From: Methylovirgula sp.
GTDB taxonomy: Bacteria > Pseudomonadota > Alphaproteobacteria > Rhizobiales > Beijerinckiaceae
DNA: 50,228 nucleotides
Assembly: GCA_031291555.1 (NCBI GenBank)
Contig: JARLIV010000133.1
Span: 1-50,228, forward strand
Direction of reading: 5' to 3'
Below the pieces are notes generated by a model, which was not told the origin of the DNA, did not search any database, and was given only the letters and a program-made list of their open reading frames with translations. How positions within the stretch are numbered: position 1 is the first letter of the stretch; every line of letters begins with the position of its first letter. The position numbers and the translations under genes are program-made. Positions 40,306-48,740 of this stretch are shown here, in pieces.

Positions 40306-41733
40306 TTAAGGCGTCCGTTCCTCGTCCATCAGCGCCGCCGCCTCACCGGGGTCGAGCTTGACCTGCTCATAGCGGGCGCTGCGGCTATGCAGCGTCACCA
40401 GCTCCTCGGCGGAGGTCGGATGCACCGCGATCGTGGTGTCGAAATCGGCCTTGGTGGCTCCCATTTTGACAGCGATTCCGAGGAGTTGCGCCATTTCGCC
40501 GGCATCGTCGCCAAGGATGTGGACGCCCAGCACGCGGCCCGTCTCCCCATCCACGACGATCTTCATGAAGACCTTTTCCGCCCGGCCGGACAGAGTCGCC
40601 TTGAGCGGCCGGAACTGCGTCTGGAACACATCGACGATTGCATGCCTCAAACGCGCCTCGGCCTCCGTGAGCCCGACTGTGCCAAGCTCCGGCGTCGTGA
40701 AGACCGCCGTCGGGACGTTGGAATGATCGACGGCGCGGGCCTTGCCGCCGAAGACCGTATCGGCAAAAGCATGACCTTCGCGGATCGCGACCGGCGTCAG
40801 TGCCAGACGATTCGTCACATCGCCGACGGCATAGATCGAGGGCACGGAGGATTGTGAATAGGGATCGACGCAGACCGCACCGACGGCATCGAGGCGAACG
40901 CCGAGCTTTTCGAGGCCGAGACCGCGCGTATTGGGATGGCGCCCCGTCGCGAGCATCACCTGATCGACATCGAGAGTTTCGCCTTTGGCCAAGGTCACGC
41001 TGATTGCCTCGCCCTTCTTCTCAAGGCGCGTCGGCATGTTCTCGAATTTAAAGGTGATCCCGGCTTCACTTAAAGCGCCGCGCAAAGCCGCGCGCAGATC
41101 ATCGTCGAAGCCGCGCAGGATGTTCTCGCCGCGCAGAGCAATCGTCACCTCGCTGCCGAGGCGGCGCAGCAAGGCGGCGAATTCGACGGCGATATAGCCG
41201 CCGCCGACGATGAGAATGCGCTTCGGCTGTTGCTTGAGATCGAAGATTTCATTCGAGGTGATGGCGAGCTCGCGGCCCGGCACGTCCGGCCCGAGAAAGG
41301 GCGCTGCGCCGGTCGCAACGAGGATCACCTTCGCCGAGATGATGCGGCCATCGGCGAGCAGCCTGACTTTGTGCGCATCCTCGACCACCGCGCGGCTCTC
41401 GACCAGCACGACGCCGGCCTTTTCGAGATTGGCGCGATAGATCGCCGAGAGCCGCGCGATCTCTTTGTCTTTCGCGGCGATGAGCTTCGCCCAGTCGAAA
41501 GACGAAGAGCCGAGCGTCCAGCCGAAACCTTCCGCATCGGCAAAGGCATCCGCGAAGCGGCTCGCATAGACCATCAGCTTTTTCGGAATGCAGCCGCGGA
41601 TGACGCACGTGCCGCCGACGCGAAATTCCTCCGCCAACATGACTTTCGCGCCATAGCCGGCCGCGATCCGCGCGGCGCGCACGCCGCCGGAGCCCGCACC
41701 GATGACAAAGAGATCGACGTCATAATCCGCCAT
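40306..41733 (-). CDS. gor: Glutathione reductase
   Basis: IGAGSGG, GGTCVIRGCIPKK, GGGYIAVE and HPTSAEE; TGATG coupling to rpiA. Confidence 0.95.
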   Translation of the reverse strand: MADYDVDLFVIGAGSGGVRAARIAAGYGAKVMLAEEFRVGGTCVIRGCIPKKLMVYASRFADAFADAEGFGWTLGSSSFDWAKLIAAKDKEIARLSAIYRANLEKAGVVLVESRAVVEDAHKVRLLADGRIISAKVILVATGAAPFLGPDVPGRELAITSNEIFDLKQQPKRILIVGGGYIAVEFAALLRRLGSEVTIALRGENILRGFDDDLRAALRGALSEAGITFKFENMPTRLEKKGEAISVTLAKGETLDVDQVMLATGRHPNTRGLGLEKLGVRLDAVGAVCVDPYSQSSVPSIYAVGDVTNRLALTPVAIREGHAFADTVFGGKARAVDHSNVPTAVFTTPELGTVGLTEAEARLRHAIVDVFQTQFRPLKATLSGRAEKVFMKIVVDGETGRVLGVHILGDDAGEMAQLLGIAVKMGATKADFDTTIAVHPTSAEELVTLHSRSARYEQVKLDPGEAAALMDEERTP

Positions 41734-42437
41734 CAGCCGAGGCTCCCGAAAACCGTGACGCCTTCTGCCCCGGCGGAGATGACGGCGCTGGCAAGGCCGA
41801 GGAACAGCCCGTGCTCGACAACGCCGGGAATGGCGGTCAGCCGCGCCGCGAGATCCTCGGGCGCCGGAATGACCCCAAAAGCGCAATCGAAAATATAATG
41901 GCCGCTGTCGGTGACGAAGGGCGCGCCCGAGGCCTCTTTGCGCAAACGGATTTCCCCGCTGCAGCCAGCCAGCGTGGACTCGCGCACGATGAGATGGCGG
42001 GTTGCTTCGACGCCGAAGCGGTTGACCTCGACCGGCAGCGGATACCTGCCGAGCGTCTTCACCGCTTTCGAGGCATCGGTGATGACGATCATGCGCTGCG
42101 AGGCGGTGGCGACGATCTTTTCGCGCAGCAACGCCCCGCCGCCGCCCTTGATGAGCCGCAAGGCCAGGTCGAATTCGTCCGTGCCATCCACGGTAAGATC
42201 GAGAGTCTGCACAATGTCGAGATCGGCCAGGGGGATGGCCAGCGATTGAGCCTGGGCGCGCGTGCGCTCCGAGGTCGGCACGCCGACGACGTGCAGCCCC
42301 TGCGCCACCTTTTCGCCGAGCAGCGCGACGAAATGCGTCGCCGTGCTGCCCGTGCCGAGGCCAAGGCGCATGCCCGGCTCGACCAGTTCGAGCGCCTTGG
42401 CGGCGGCCTGCCGCTTCAAATCGTCCGCATTGCTCAT
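41733..42437 (-). CDS. rpiA: Ribose-5-phosphate isomerase A
   Basis: [27 protein letters not shown] and PGVVEHGLF. Confidence 0.96.
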   Translation of the reverse strand: MSNADDLKRQAAAKALELVEPGMRLGLGTGSTATHFVALLGEKVAQGLHVVGVPTSERTRAQAQSLAIPLADLDIVQTLDLTVDGTDEFDLALRLIKGGGGALLREKIVATASQRMIVITDASKAVKTLGRYPLPVEVNRFGVEATRHLIVRESTLAGCSGEIRLRKEASGAPFVTDSGHYIFDCAFGVIPAPEDLAARLTAIPGVVEHGLFLGLASAVISAGAEGVTVFGSLG

Positions 42438-42482
42438 AACGGCCAGCTAGGCTCTCGTCCCCCGCGCGTCAACAGGGCGGGG

Positions 42483-42857
42483 CTATTTTGCCGGGGGCGT
42501 GCAGACGACTTTATCGTTGAGGACATAGCAGATCGACATCAGGCCGGTGCGCAGATCGACGCGGAAGACGCCGCCTTCACGCTCATGGCTCGAGGCGACG
42601 AGGGCATAATCGCTCGGCCCCTGTGGGCCCGCCCCCTGCCCCGGCTCGTAGCAGAGCGTGACGCCGACTGTCCCCTCCTTGAGCCCGTATTGGCAGGCGC
42701 CGATCTCGCCGGTGGCGCGATCGAGCCGATAGACGCGGTTCAAATCCCGCTCCGGCGCGGCCAGGAAATCGTAATTCCCGGCTAAGGCGCCCCCCGCGCC
42801 CAGGCTAAAAAGGCCAATTGCCAGACAGAGAGAGGCACGCGGGAGAAATCTCGGCAT
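42483..42857 (-). CDS. Secreted hypothetical protein with an internal two-fold repeat
   Basis: Signal peptide ending ALA; repeats VYRLDRATGEIGAC and VFRVDLRTGLMSIC. Confidence 0.7.
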   Translation of the reverse strand: MPRFLPRASLCLAIGLFSLGAGGALAGNYDFLAAPERDLNRVYRLDRATGEIGACQYGLKEGTVGVTLCYEPGQGAGPQGPSDYALVASSHEREGGVFRVDLRTGLMSICYVLNDKVVCTPPAK

Positions 42858-42979
42858 CGGAGGCTCCGGTTCTGCGAATCGCCCCCCACTTTACACCGGC
42901 GGCGGTCAAAACTGCGGTAGGCCGCGCGCGCCACCGCGTATGCTTGATCCGGCTGTGCAAGACGCTTATGCCCTGCCCC

Positions 42980-43681
42980 ATGACCCAACCTCTTCTCGTC
43001 TTCGACCTCGACGGCACGCTCGCCGAAACGGCCCCGGACCTCGTCGCAACGCTCAATCAGGTGCTGGCGGACATCGGCATTGCACCGGTGACGTACGAGT
43101 CGGCGCGCGCGATGGTCGGCGGCGGCGCCCGGCTGATGATCGAGCGCGCCGTGACCCACGCCGGGGTCTCGTTGCCGAAGCCGAAGATCGACCAGATGTT
43201 CGACGACTTCCTCGTTCACTACAACGCCCATATCGCCGACGCCTCGACGCTGTTTCCCGGCGTTCTCGCGGCGCTCGACCAGTTCGAGGAAGCCGGTTGG
43301 CGCTTTGCGGTCTGCACCAACAAGATCGCCCAATCCTCCGTCCTGCTCTTGAAGGCGCTCGGCGTCGCCGACCGTTTCGCGGCGATCTGCGGGAAGGATA
43401 CGTTTCCGGTGAGCAAGCCGGATGCCCGCGCGCTGCTGATGACGATCGAGAAGGCCGGCGGCCGGCATGACAATGCCGTCATGGTCGGCGATTCGAAGAC
43501 CGATATCGAAACGGCGCAGAATGCCAAGATTCCCGTCGTCGCGGTCGATTTCGGCTATTCCGACCAGCCGGTGGCGACTTACAAGCCGAACCGGGTGATC
43601 TCGCATTTCGACACTTTGTGGGATGCGGTGGCGGATATCGGCCGCGGCACGGGCCTCGGCGTGCGGAAAGCCGCACAATAG
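42980..43681 (+). CDS. gph: Phosphoglycolate phosphatase (HAD-IA)
   Basis: FDLDGTL, VCTNK, KPD and MVGDSKTD. Confidence 0.88.
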   Translation: MTQPLLVFDLDGTLAETAPDLVATLNQVLADIGIAPVTYESARAMVGGGARLMIERAVTHAGVSLPKPKIDQMFDDFLVHYNAHIADASTLFPGVLAALDQFEEAGWRFAVCTNKIAQSSVLLLKALGVADRFAAICGKDTFPVSKPDARALLMTIEKAGGRHDNAVMVGDSKTDIETAQNAKIPVVAVDFGYSDQPVATYKPNRVISHFDTLWDAVADIGRGTGLGVRKAAQ

Positions 43682-43725
43682 GCATTGACGTGGAGCGTCA
43701 CGGCACAGGCACGCCGGCGCCATGC

Positions 43726-43754
43726 TTGACTGCCCATGCCAGGGTGCGTAAACC
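43726..43754 (+). promoter_or_regulatory. Putative sigma70 promoter for tRNA-Val
   Basis: TTGACT (43726-43731), 17 bp spacer, TAAACC (43749-43754). Confidence 0.45.
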
Positions 43755-43770
43755 CCTGCCCGGAGCCGAC

Positions 43771-43819
43771 GCGTGTTCCGGAAAAGCTGTATGACTTTTC
43801 CGACAAGAACACGCTCCAA
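43771..43819. repeat. Half copy of the RIME/Bru-RS-like element in the tRNA leader
   Basis: GCGTGTTC-CGGAAAAG-ctgtatga-CTTTTCCG-acaa-GAACACGC-TCCAA; reverse complement matches 23870-23918. Confidence 0.8.
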
Positions 43820-43830
43820 CACTTTGAATT

Positions 43831-43905
43831 GGGCGCGTAGCTCAGCGGGAGAGCACTCCCTTCACACGGGAGGGGTCACAGGTTCAATCCCTGTCGCGCC
43901 CACCA
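43831..43905 (+). tRNA. tRNA-Val, anticodon CAC
   Basis: Acceptor stem GGGCGCG/CGCGCCC plus ACCA; anticodon arm CTCCC-TTCACAC-GGGAG; T loop GGTTCAATCC. Confidence 0.97.
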
Positions 43906-43990
43906 TGTAAACCGCTGATTTCCCAAGAATCTTGCACGACCGCAAGCTGCGACGACGCATTCGACGCACCGGCGGGCGATTGTTTCAGAC

Positions 43991-44602
43991 CTACCGCTCG
44001 GCACCATATTCGAGGAAGCTCAAATATGAAGCCAGCGCTTCAATGTCTCGTCCGGATAGGCTTCGCGCAACTTTAGGCATTGGCTCCGCGGCAGGGCTAT
44101 AGCCCTCCGCCCATTCCTCAAGCCGCCTCTTCAAATAGAAATAAGACAGTCCCCCCAAACGCGGAATTCCCCGCACGCCCTCGCCATTTGGGCCGTGACA
44201 AACGATGCAGGCCGCTATGTTGGCTTCCGGGACTCCAAATTCAAAAATGTTCCGCCCGCTCGCCACAAGGTCACGATTGCCGTCGTTGGCGGCCTCTGGC
44301 GGCAGGCTCGCAAAATAGCTCGCGAAGCCATGCGCCATATCCTCGTCGACATGGACCACGGCATTCCACATGAAGTCCCGCGAATAGGGATTGTCGCGCA
44401 CATGGGTGCGGAAGTTCATCAGCTGCGCGTCGAGATAGAGCTCCTGTTGTCCGGCCAATCTGGGCGCATTCGAATAGCCCTGGCCAGACGGGCCATGACA
44501 CCATGTGCAATTCTTGACCGGAACGGTCTCGCTGGCGAGCAGCGGCCCGGCGACGCAAGAGACGATCGTCAGGAGAGCCAATTTCGTCACGATGCGTTTC
44601 AT
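43991..44602 (-). CDS. Di-heme cytochrome c4 (Cyc1-like), third in the cluster
   Basis: Signal peptide; CTWCH and CIVCH, followed by PRLAGQ and PRLGG; distal Met candidates in FMW and PMP. Confidence 0.92.
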   Translation of the reverse strand: MKRIVTKLALLTIVSCVAGPLLASETVPVKNCTWCHGPSGQGYSNAPRLAGQQELYLDAQLMNFRTHVRDNPYSRDFMWNAVVHVDEDMAHGFASYFASLPPEAANDGNRDLVASGRNIFEFGVPEANIAACIVCHGPNGEGVRGIPRLGGLSYFYLKRRLEEWAEGYSPAAEPMPKVARSLSGRDIEALASYLSFLEYGAER

Positions 44603-44650
44603 GATCTTTGCTCGTATTCCTAGAGCCAATCAGTTTCGAAGAGACCGCCT

Positions 44651-45301
44651 TCACCTCAAACTGCTGAGATAAGCCGCAAGCGCCTCCACTTGCGCACGGG
44701 TCAAATTATGCGTCGTCGGAAGCATGATTGCCGAAATGTCCGGCGCGCCCTGACCGCGTTCGTTGGACCAGTTCGTCAAGACTTTGATGATGTACCAATA
44801 GAGCTGCCCGGCGAGCCGCGGAATTTGACCACGCCCCTCCGCCTTCAGGCCGTGACAGGCGAAACAAGCGGGGACATTGTCCTCCGGTAACCCCTGTTCA
44901 AAAATCTCCTTGCCGAAAGCCGCCCCAGCCCTTGGAGCGCCCCCATAGGGCGGCGGATTGAGCTTCTCGAAATGCGTCGCCAAGGCCGAGACCAATGTCG
45001 GTTTTAGGGTGTGCGCGACGCTGAACATAACGGGATTTTTGCGCCGGCGTTCGATGAAGGCCCGCAATTCGTTCTCTATGTATTGCGGGTGTTGCCCGGC
45101 CAAGCGCGGCATCGCGAAATAGCCACGGAAGCCTTGTGCGGAAGGTCCATGGCAGGTTTCGCAATAATTCAACTTGGCTTGGAACTCCTGGTTCGCGGGG
45201 CCGCCAGCGGCGCGGCCAGCGTGAAGCGCAATGACGAGAACGGCGAGCGCCGCGGCCAGCGACGCGAGGTGTAAGGCTGCCGGTAGATTGAGGGTTCTCA
45301 T
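44651..45301 (-). CDS. Di-heme cytochrome c4, second in the cluster
   Basis: Signal peptide; CETCH and CFACH; PRLAGQ twice; Met in NPVM and AIM. Confidence 0.92.
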   Translation of the reverse strand: MRTLNLPAALHLASLAAALAVLVIALHAGRAAGGPANQEFQAKLNYCETCHGPSAQGFRGYFAMPRLAGQHPQYIENELRAFIERRRKNPVMFSVAHTLKPTLVSALATHFEKLNPPPYGGAPRAGAAFGKEIFEQGLPEDNVPACFACHGLKAEGRGQIPRLAGQLYWYIIKVLTNWSNERGQGAPDISAIMLPTTHNLTRAQVEALAAYLSSLR

Positions 45302-45395
45302 GCCGGGCTCCCCGCGCTTGCAATAGCGTTCCTGAATTTCAGTGCTGGCTCAGTGCAACGTCTGTGCGACTCGGTGCGGCGAGCAGGCAAGGCCA

Positions 45396-46052
45396 TTACT
45401 CCAAACTGCTAAGATAGGCCGCCACCTCGGTAACCTGCTCGGTCGTCAGCAGATGCGCGATCGGCGCCATGATGGCAGACGTATCCGGCTTCTTCGGGTC
45501 CTGACCGCGCTCCTTGGTCCAATTCGTCAGCTTGTTGATGATGTAGTCGTTGAGCTGCCCGGCGAGACGCGGAAATTGATCGCTGCCCTTCGCCTGCGGC
45601 CCGTGACAGGAGGCGCAGGGGGGCACATTCTGGCTGGGAATGCCATTCTCGAAAATTGCCTTTCCAGCCGCCACCAGGTTCTCCGGCGCTCCGCCGAGCG
45701 GCTTCGGATTCAGCGTCGCGAAATAGGCCGCAAGGCCGTCGACCATCGCGGGGCTCAGCACATGCGCGACGCGAAACATCACCGGATTCATCCGGCGTCT
45801 CTCGATAAAGGCGCTGAGCTGATTTTTGATGTATTGCGGTTGCTGTCCGGCCAGGCGCGGAATTGGAAACACGCCGCGGAACCCTTGCGCCGCAACGCCA
45901 TGGCACGTCATGCAATAGGTTCGCTTAGCCTCGAACGCTTGCTTCGGAACGGTAGCGACCGGGGTTTCCGCGATGCAGACGGAGGCGATGAAGACAATGA
46001 AGACCATGGCGAACATCGAGCTGGGCTTAAATATAAAACCGAGACGATCCAT
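45396..46052 (-). CDS. Di-heme cytochrome c4, first in the cluster
   Basis: Hydrophobic leader; CMTCH and CASCH; PRLAGQ twice; Met in NPVM and AIM. Confidence 0.92.
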   Translation of the reverse strand: MDRLGFIFKPSSMFAMVFIVFIASVCIAETPVATVPKQAFEAKRTYCMTCHGVAAQGFRGVFPIPRLAGQQPQYIKNQLSAFIERRRMNPVMFRVAHVLSPAMVDGLAAYFATLNPKPLGGAPENLVAAGKAIFENGIPSQNVPPCASCHGPQAKGSDQFPRLAGQLNDYIINKLTNWTKERGQDPKKPDTSAIMAPIAHLLTTEQVTEVAAYLSSLE

Positions 46053-46107
46053 GATCCGACCCCATAACCTCGCGATAGACTGGCAGATTTGCCAAAGACA
46101 TGTTTCG

Positions 46108-47574
46108 TCAGAACATGAGCCACGAATAGGCAAGGAAAGTATTGTTGTCTGAAGCGTTGTGCCCTGCCCCGTCGAAGTTGGCCGTACCGCCATACAGCGT
46201 CAGATATTTCGTGTAGGAAACGCCAATGCGCGCGTTGGCCCATGGAAACGGGCCGGGCATGCCGTGACTGAAAGGCAGATAGGCGACATCGAAGAGAAAG
46301 CCGTTGCCGTTGGGGCTATTGGCAATGCTATTTGGGCCATAGAGATTTGCGTCGGCCGAACCGCTCACATCGAAATAGCTGGCCGTGAGACTGTAAGTGT
46401 TGTCGTAGACATAATCGACGCTTGCGCGGAAGCTGTCCAAATTATCCGTAGGGTTCGATGTGGTTTGCAATGCATATGACGCATTGTACTGATCCGTTTC
46501 GTATATGTTTGACACCTTGGCTTCGAACGCATGCTTGCCATGGATGAATTGGTATTGCGCGTCGAATCCGATATCGAGGATTCGATCGACGCCGAAACCG
46601 GGACTGGCGTAGGGCACTTCGGTGGCGTACATGCCGAAGGCCCCGATCATGAAACTATGTTCTCCAATGGTCGGCGCAAAGGCCACCCGCCAATAAGGCG
46701 CGATCCCATCGATCGACGGGAATGAAGTGGGGTCGAGACCAAGCGCCTGCTGCGTCGACGAGGACAGGGTCCGATAGCCGGTGAGTTCGGCGTAGACCAT
46801 GTTATTCCACCAGGCATAGACGCCGGCACCAGCGACGCCTCCGGCAAAACCGCCCTCAAGCATCGTCCCCGGAGGGGTAAAGGCGGGGCCGGTCGCCGCG
46901 GAGATATAGGGCAAGCCCCATGCTGGCGTCGTGTTCCAGACGTCCTGAACGGTCGGGTTGTTATTGACGTCGACGCCTACGATGAGATCCGAGCCGAAAG
47001 CCTTCATCGTCCGAGTATAGCGGATATCCGTATTATCGATGCTCCAGCTATTTCCGACACCGTCATAGGTGCCCTGAATGAAAGCGCCGAGATTGTCGTA
47101 GATCTGACCGCCGTAGAATAGGCTCAGCTGGCTCAAAACGACATTGTCGTTTGTACTCGTCGACGGCGTCGGAGGCGCATCGAGGTTCTTCTGGAAATGC
47201 TCAAATTGCGGCCCTTGGATCATCAGCGCAAGCGGCGGGGCCTGGGTATTTGTAAGGCCGCCGCCCGCCGTATAGCCGGAGAGTTTGAACAAGCGGCCGA
47301 AAGGCGTCAGTTCCGGAAAGGCAGTGTGGCAAGCGGCGCAAGGCTGGCCAGTCTGCATCGCGAAAGACGGGAGCGCGGATGCCGGCTGCGGCTTGATAAG
47401 AATGCCGAGGCCAACAATAGCCAGGGCACCGAGAGCGGCAGCAGCGATAGCGATAAGCGCCGGCCTGCTGGCCACAACGGATTCAATGACGGCGCATTTG
47501 CGCTCAGACGAATCTGCCTCATCGAGGCCGCAGGCTACGCCCGCAGGCGCCTCCGCAGACGCGAGCTCCAGCAT
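46108..47574 (-). CDS. cyc2: Cyc2-type fused mono-heme cytochrome-porin
   Basis: After the leader: ALPSFAMQTGQP-CAACH-TAFPELTPFGRLFKLSGY, the Cyc2 N-terminal signature. About 390 aa of beta-barrel-like sequence follows (SLFYGG, DNTDIR, NNNPTVQDVWNT, APYWR) ending in the beta-signal AYSWLMF. Confidence 0.85.
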   Translation of the reverse strand: MLELASAEAPAGVACGLDEADSSERKCAVIESVVASRPALIAIAAAALGALAIVGLGILIKPQPASALPSFAMQTGQPCAACHTAFPELTPFGRLFKLSGYTAGGGLTNTQAPPLALMIQGPQFEHFQKNLDAPPTPSTSTNDNVVLSQLSLFYGGQIYDNLGAFIQGTYDGVGNSWSIDNTDIRYTRTMKAFGSDLIVGVDVNNNPTVQDVWNTTPAWGLPYISAATGPAFTPPGTMLEGGFAGGVAGAGVYAWWNNMVYAELTGYRTLSSSTQQALGLDPTSFPSIDGIAPYWRVAFAPTIGEHSFMIGAFGMYATEVPYASPGFGVDRILDIGFDAQYQFIHGKHAFEAKVSNIYETDQYNASYALQTTSNPTDNLDSFRASVDYVYDNTYSLTASYFDVSGSADANLYGPNSIANSPNGNGFLFDVAYLPFSHGMPGPFPWANARIGVSYTKYLTLYGGTANFDGAGHNASDNNTFLAYSWLMF

Positions 47575-47656
47575 GACCTTCCCCCTAGGTGTCACGGATC
47601 TCGTTACATGCAGGCTCTTTTTTTAACTCAATATCACGCTTGAAGGCCGCAGTATA

Positions 47657-47670
47657 TTGATTCGGATCAT
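47657..47670. promoter_or_regulatory. FNR/FixK-type box upstream of cyc2
   Basis: TTGAT-TCGG-ATCAT (9/10 match to TTGAT-N4-ATCAA), 83-96 bp upstream of the ATG. Confidence 0.6.
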
Positions 47671-47858
47671 ATCCGGGTTCCCGGACATTTGCATCCGATA
47701 AACATTTGCGGGGACGGCGACGGTCGAAGGGGCTCACGATGCGAGCCTCCGATCCGATAAGAAAACGCCGCCGCCTCCCTCTCGCGAGGTGGCAGCGTCG
47801 CAATCGATCCAGCCATGATCGCCCACGCCGCAAGAACGGCGCGGGCGCGATGTATTGA

Positions 47859-48365
47859 TTATTTCGCCTTCAGCACGCCAGCGAACTGGCCCATGAGATA
47901 GCCGAGAATGACGCCGGCTATGGCCGAGAGTATGACCAGGACAACAGGGTTAGCCGCGCCGACCGTCGTGACGGCTGCCAGCTTACCGGACGACAGCGTA
48001 TAGGCGACGACCATGGCAAAGCCGTAGACATTGGCCGGAACCACCGAAAGCTGCTCAATCGAAGCAACAATAACCAAGAAGAATACAAACACGCCAACGA
48101 CCAGCGCGGGCCAGAACGTGCCCAAGGCAGGCATCGGGACTTTGACGATGACCAGCAGCGTGATCCATCCGACGATCGCGCCGTAGATTATACCGGTAAG
48201 CGTTTTGATCAACGCATTGTTGTCGCCGCCCGCGGCGAAGAAACAGCCGGCGGTGATGAACCCGGCCCAAACAAGAACATAGGGCGCGAGCGGGCCCAAC
48301 GCGAGATAGGCCCAAACCGCGCCTAAGACAGCGACACTTATTGATAATGCCAGCAATTGCGACAT
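47859..48365 (-). CDS. DUF1097 (YcdZ-like) multi-pass membrane protein
   Basis: About six short TM helices; WAGFITAGCFFAAGG and VPANVYGFA motifs. Confidence 0.75.
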   Translation of the reverse strand: MSQLLALSISVAVLGAVWAYLALGPLAPYVLVWAGFITAGCFFAAGGDNNALIKTLTGIIYGAIVGWITLLVIVKVPMPALGTFWPALVVGVFVFFLVIVASIEQLSVVPANVYGFAMVVAYTLSSGKLAAVTTVGAANPVVLVILSAIAGVILGYLMGQFAGVLKAK

Positions 48366-48740
48366 CGACGTTTCTCCCCAGAGTATTGCCTATTGTCTTT
48401 CTGGCGGAGCGTGCAGCCGACTCGGACGAGTTCTGGTTTGCAGAACGCTCCGATCAAAATGCTAGCATAATGCCTAGCAAATAGGTCATAAAGCGAAGGC
48501 CAGGATGGCACAAACCTGTGCAAATGCCCAAATCCGGACGTGAACATCACCTGTCGAGCCCACCAAGCGGCTGATTTCATTTGCGTCGCCGATATTCCGT
48601 TTTGCGCAATCATGCGGTTCGACACAGAACGGCACGCAAACATTCGCGGGTGATACGCGGAAAATCGGTGGAATTTGATCGGGCTTTGTCCCTATTGCCA
48701 GCTTCGACAAGGCAGCGGCTATATGCGCAGGGGATGAACC

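Noticed and set aside
42782-43822. ORF starting MLERVLVGKVIQLFRN, similar to the end of the ORF at 23492-23947
   Set aside because: The shared peptide is just the translation of the RIME-like repeat; both ORFs are antisense to real genes.
48506-48522. TGGCAC...TGC as a sigma54 promoter for the nitroreductase
   Set aside because: GG-to-GC spacing is 11, not the required 10.
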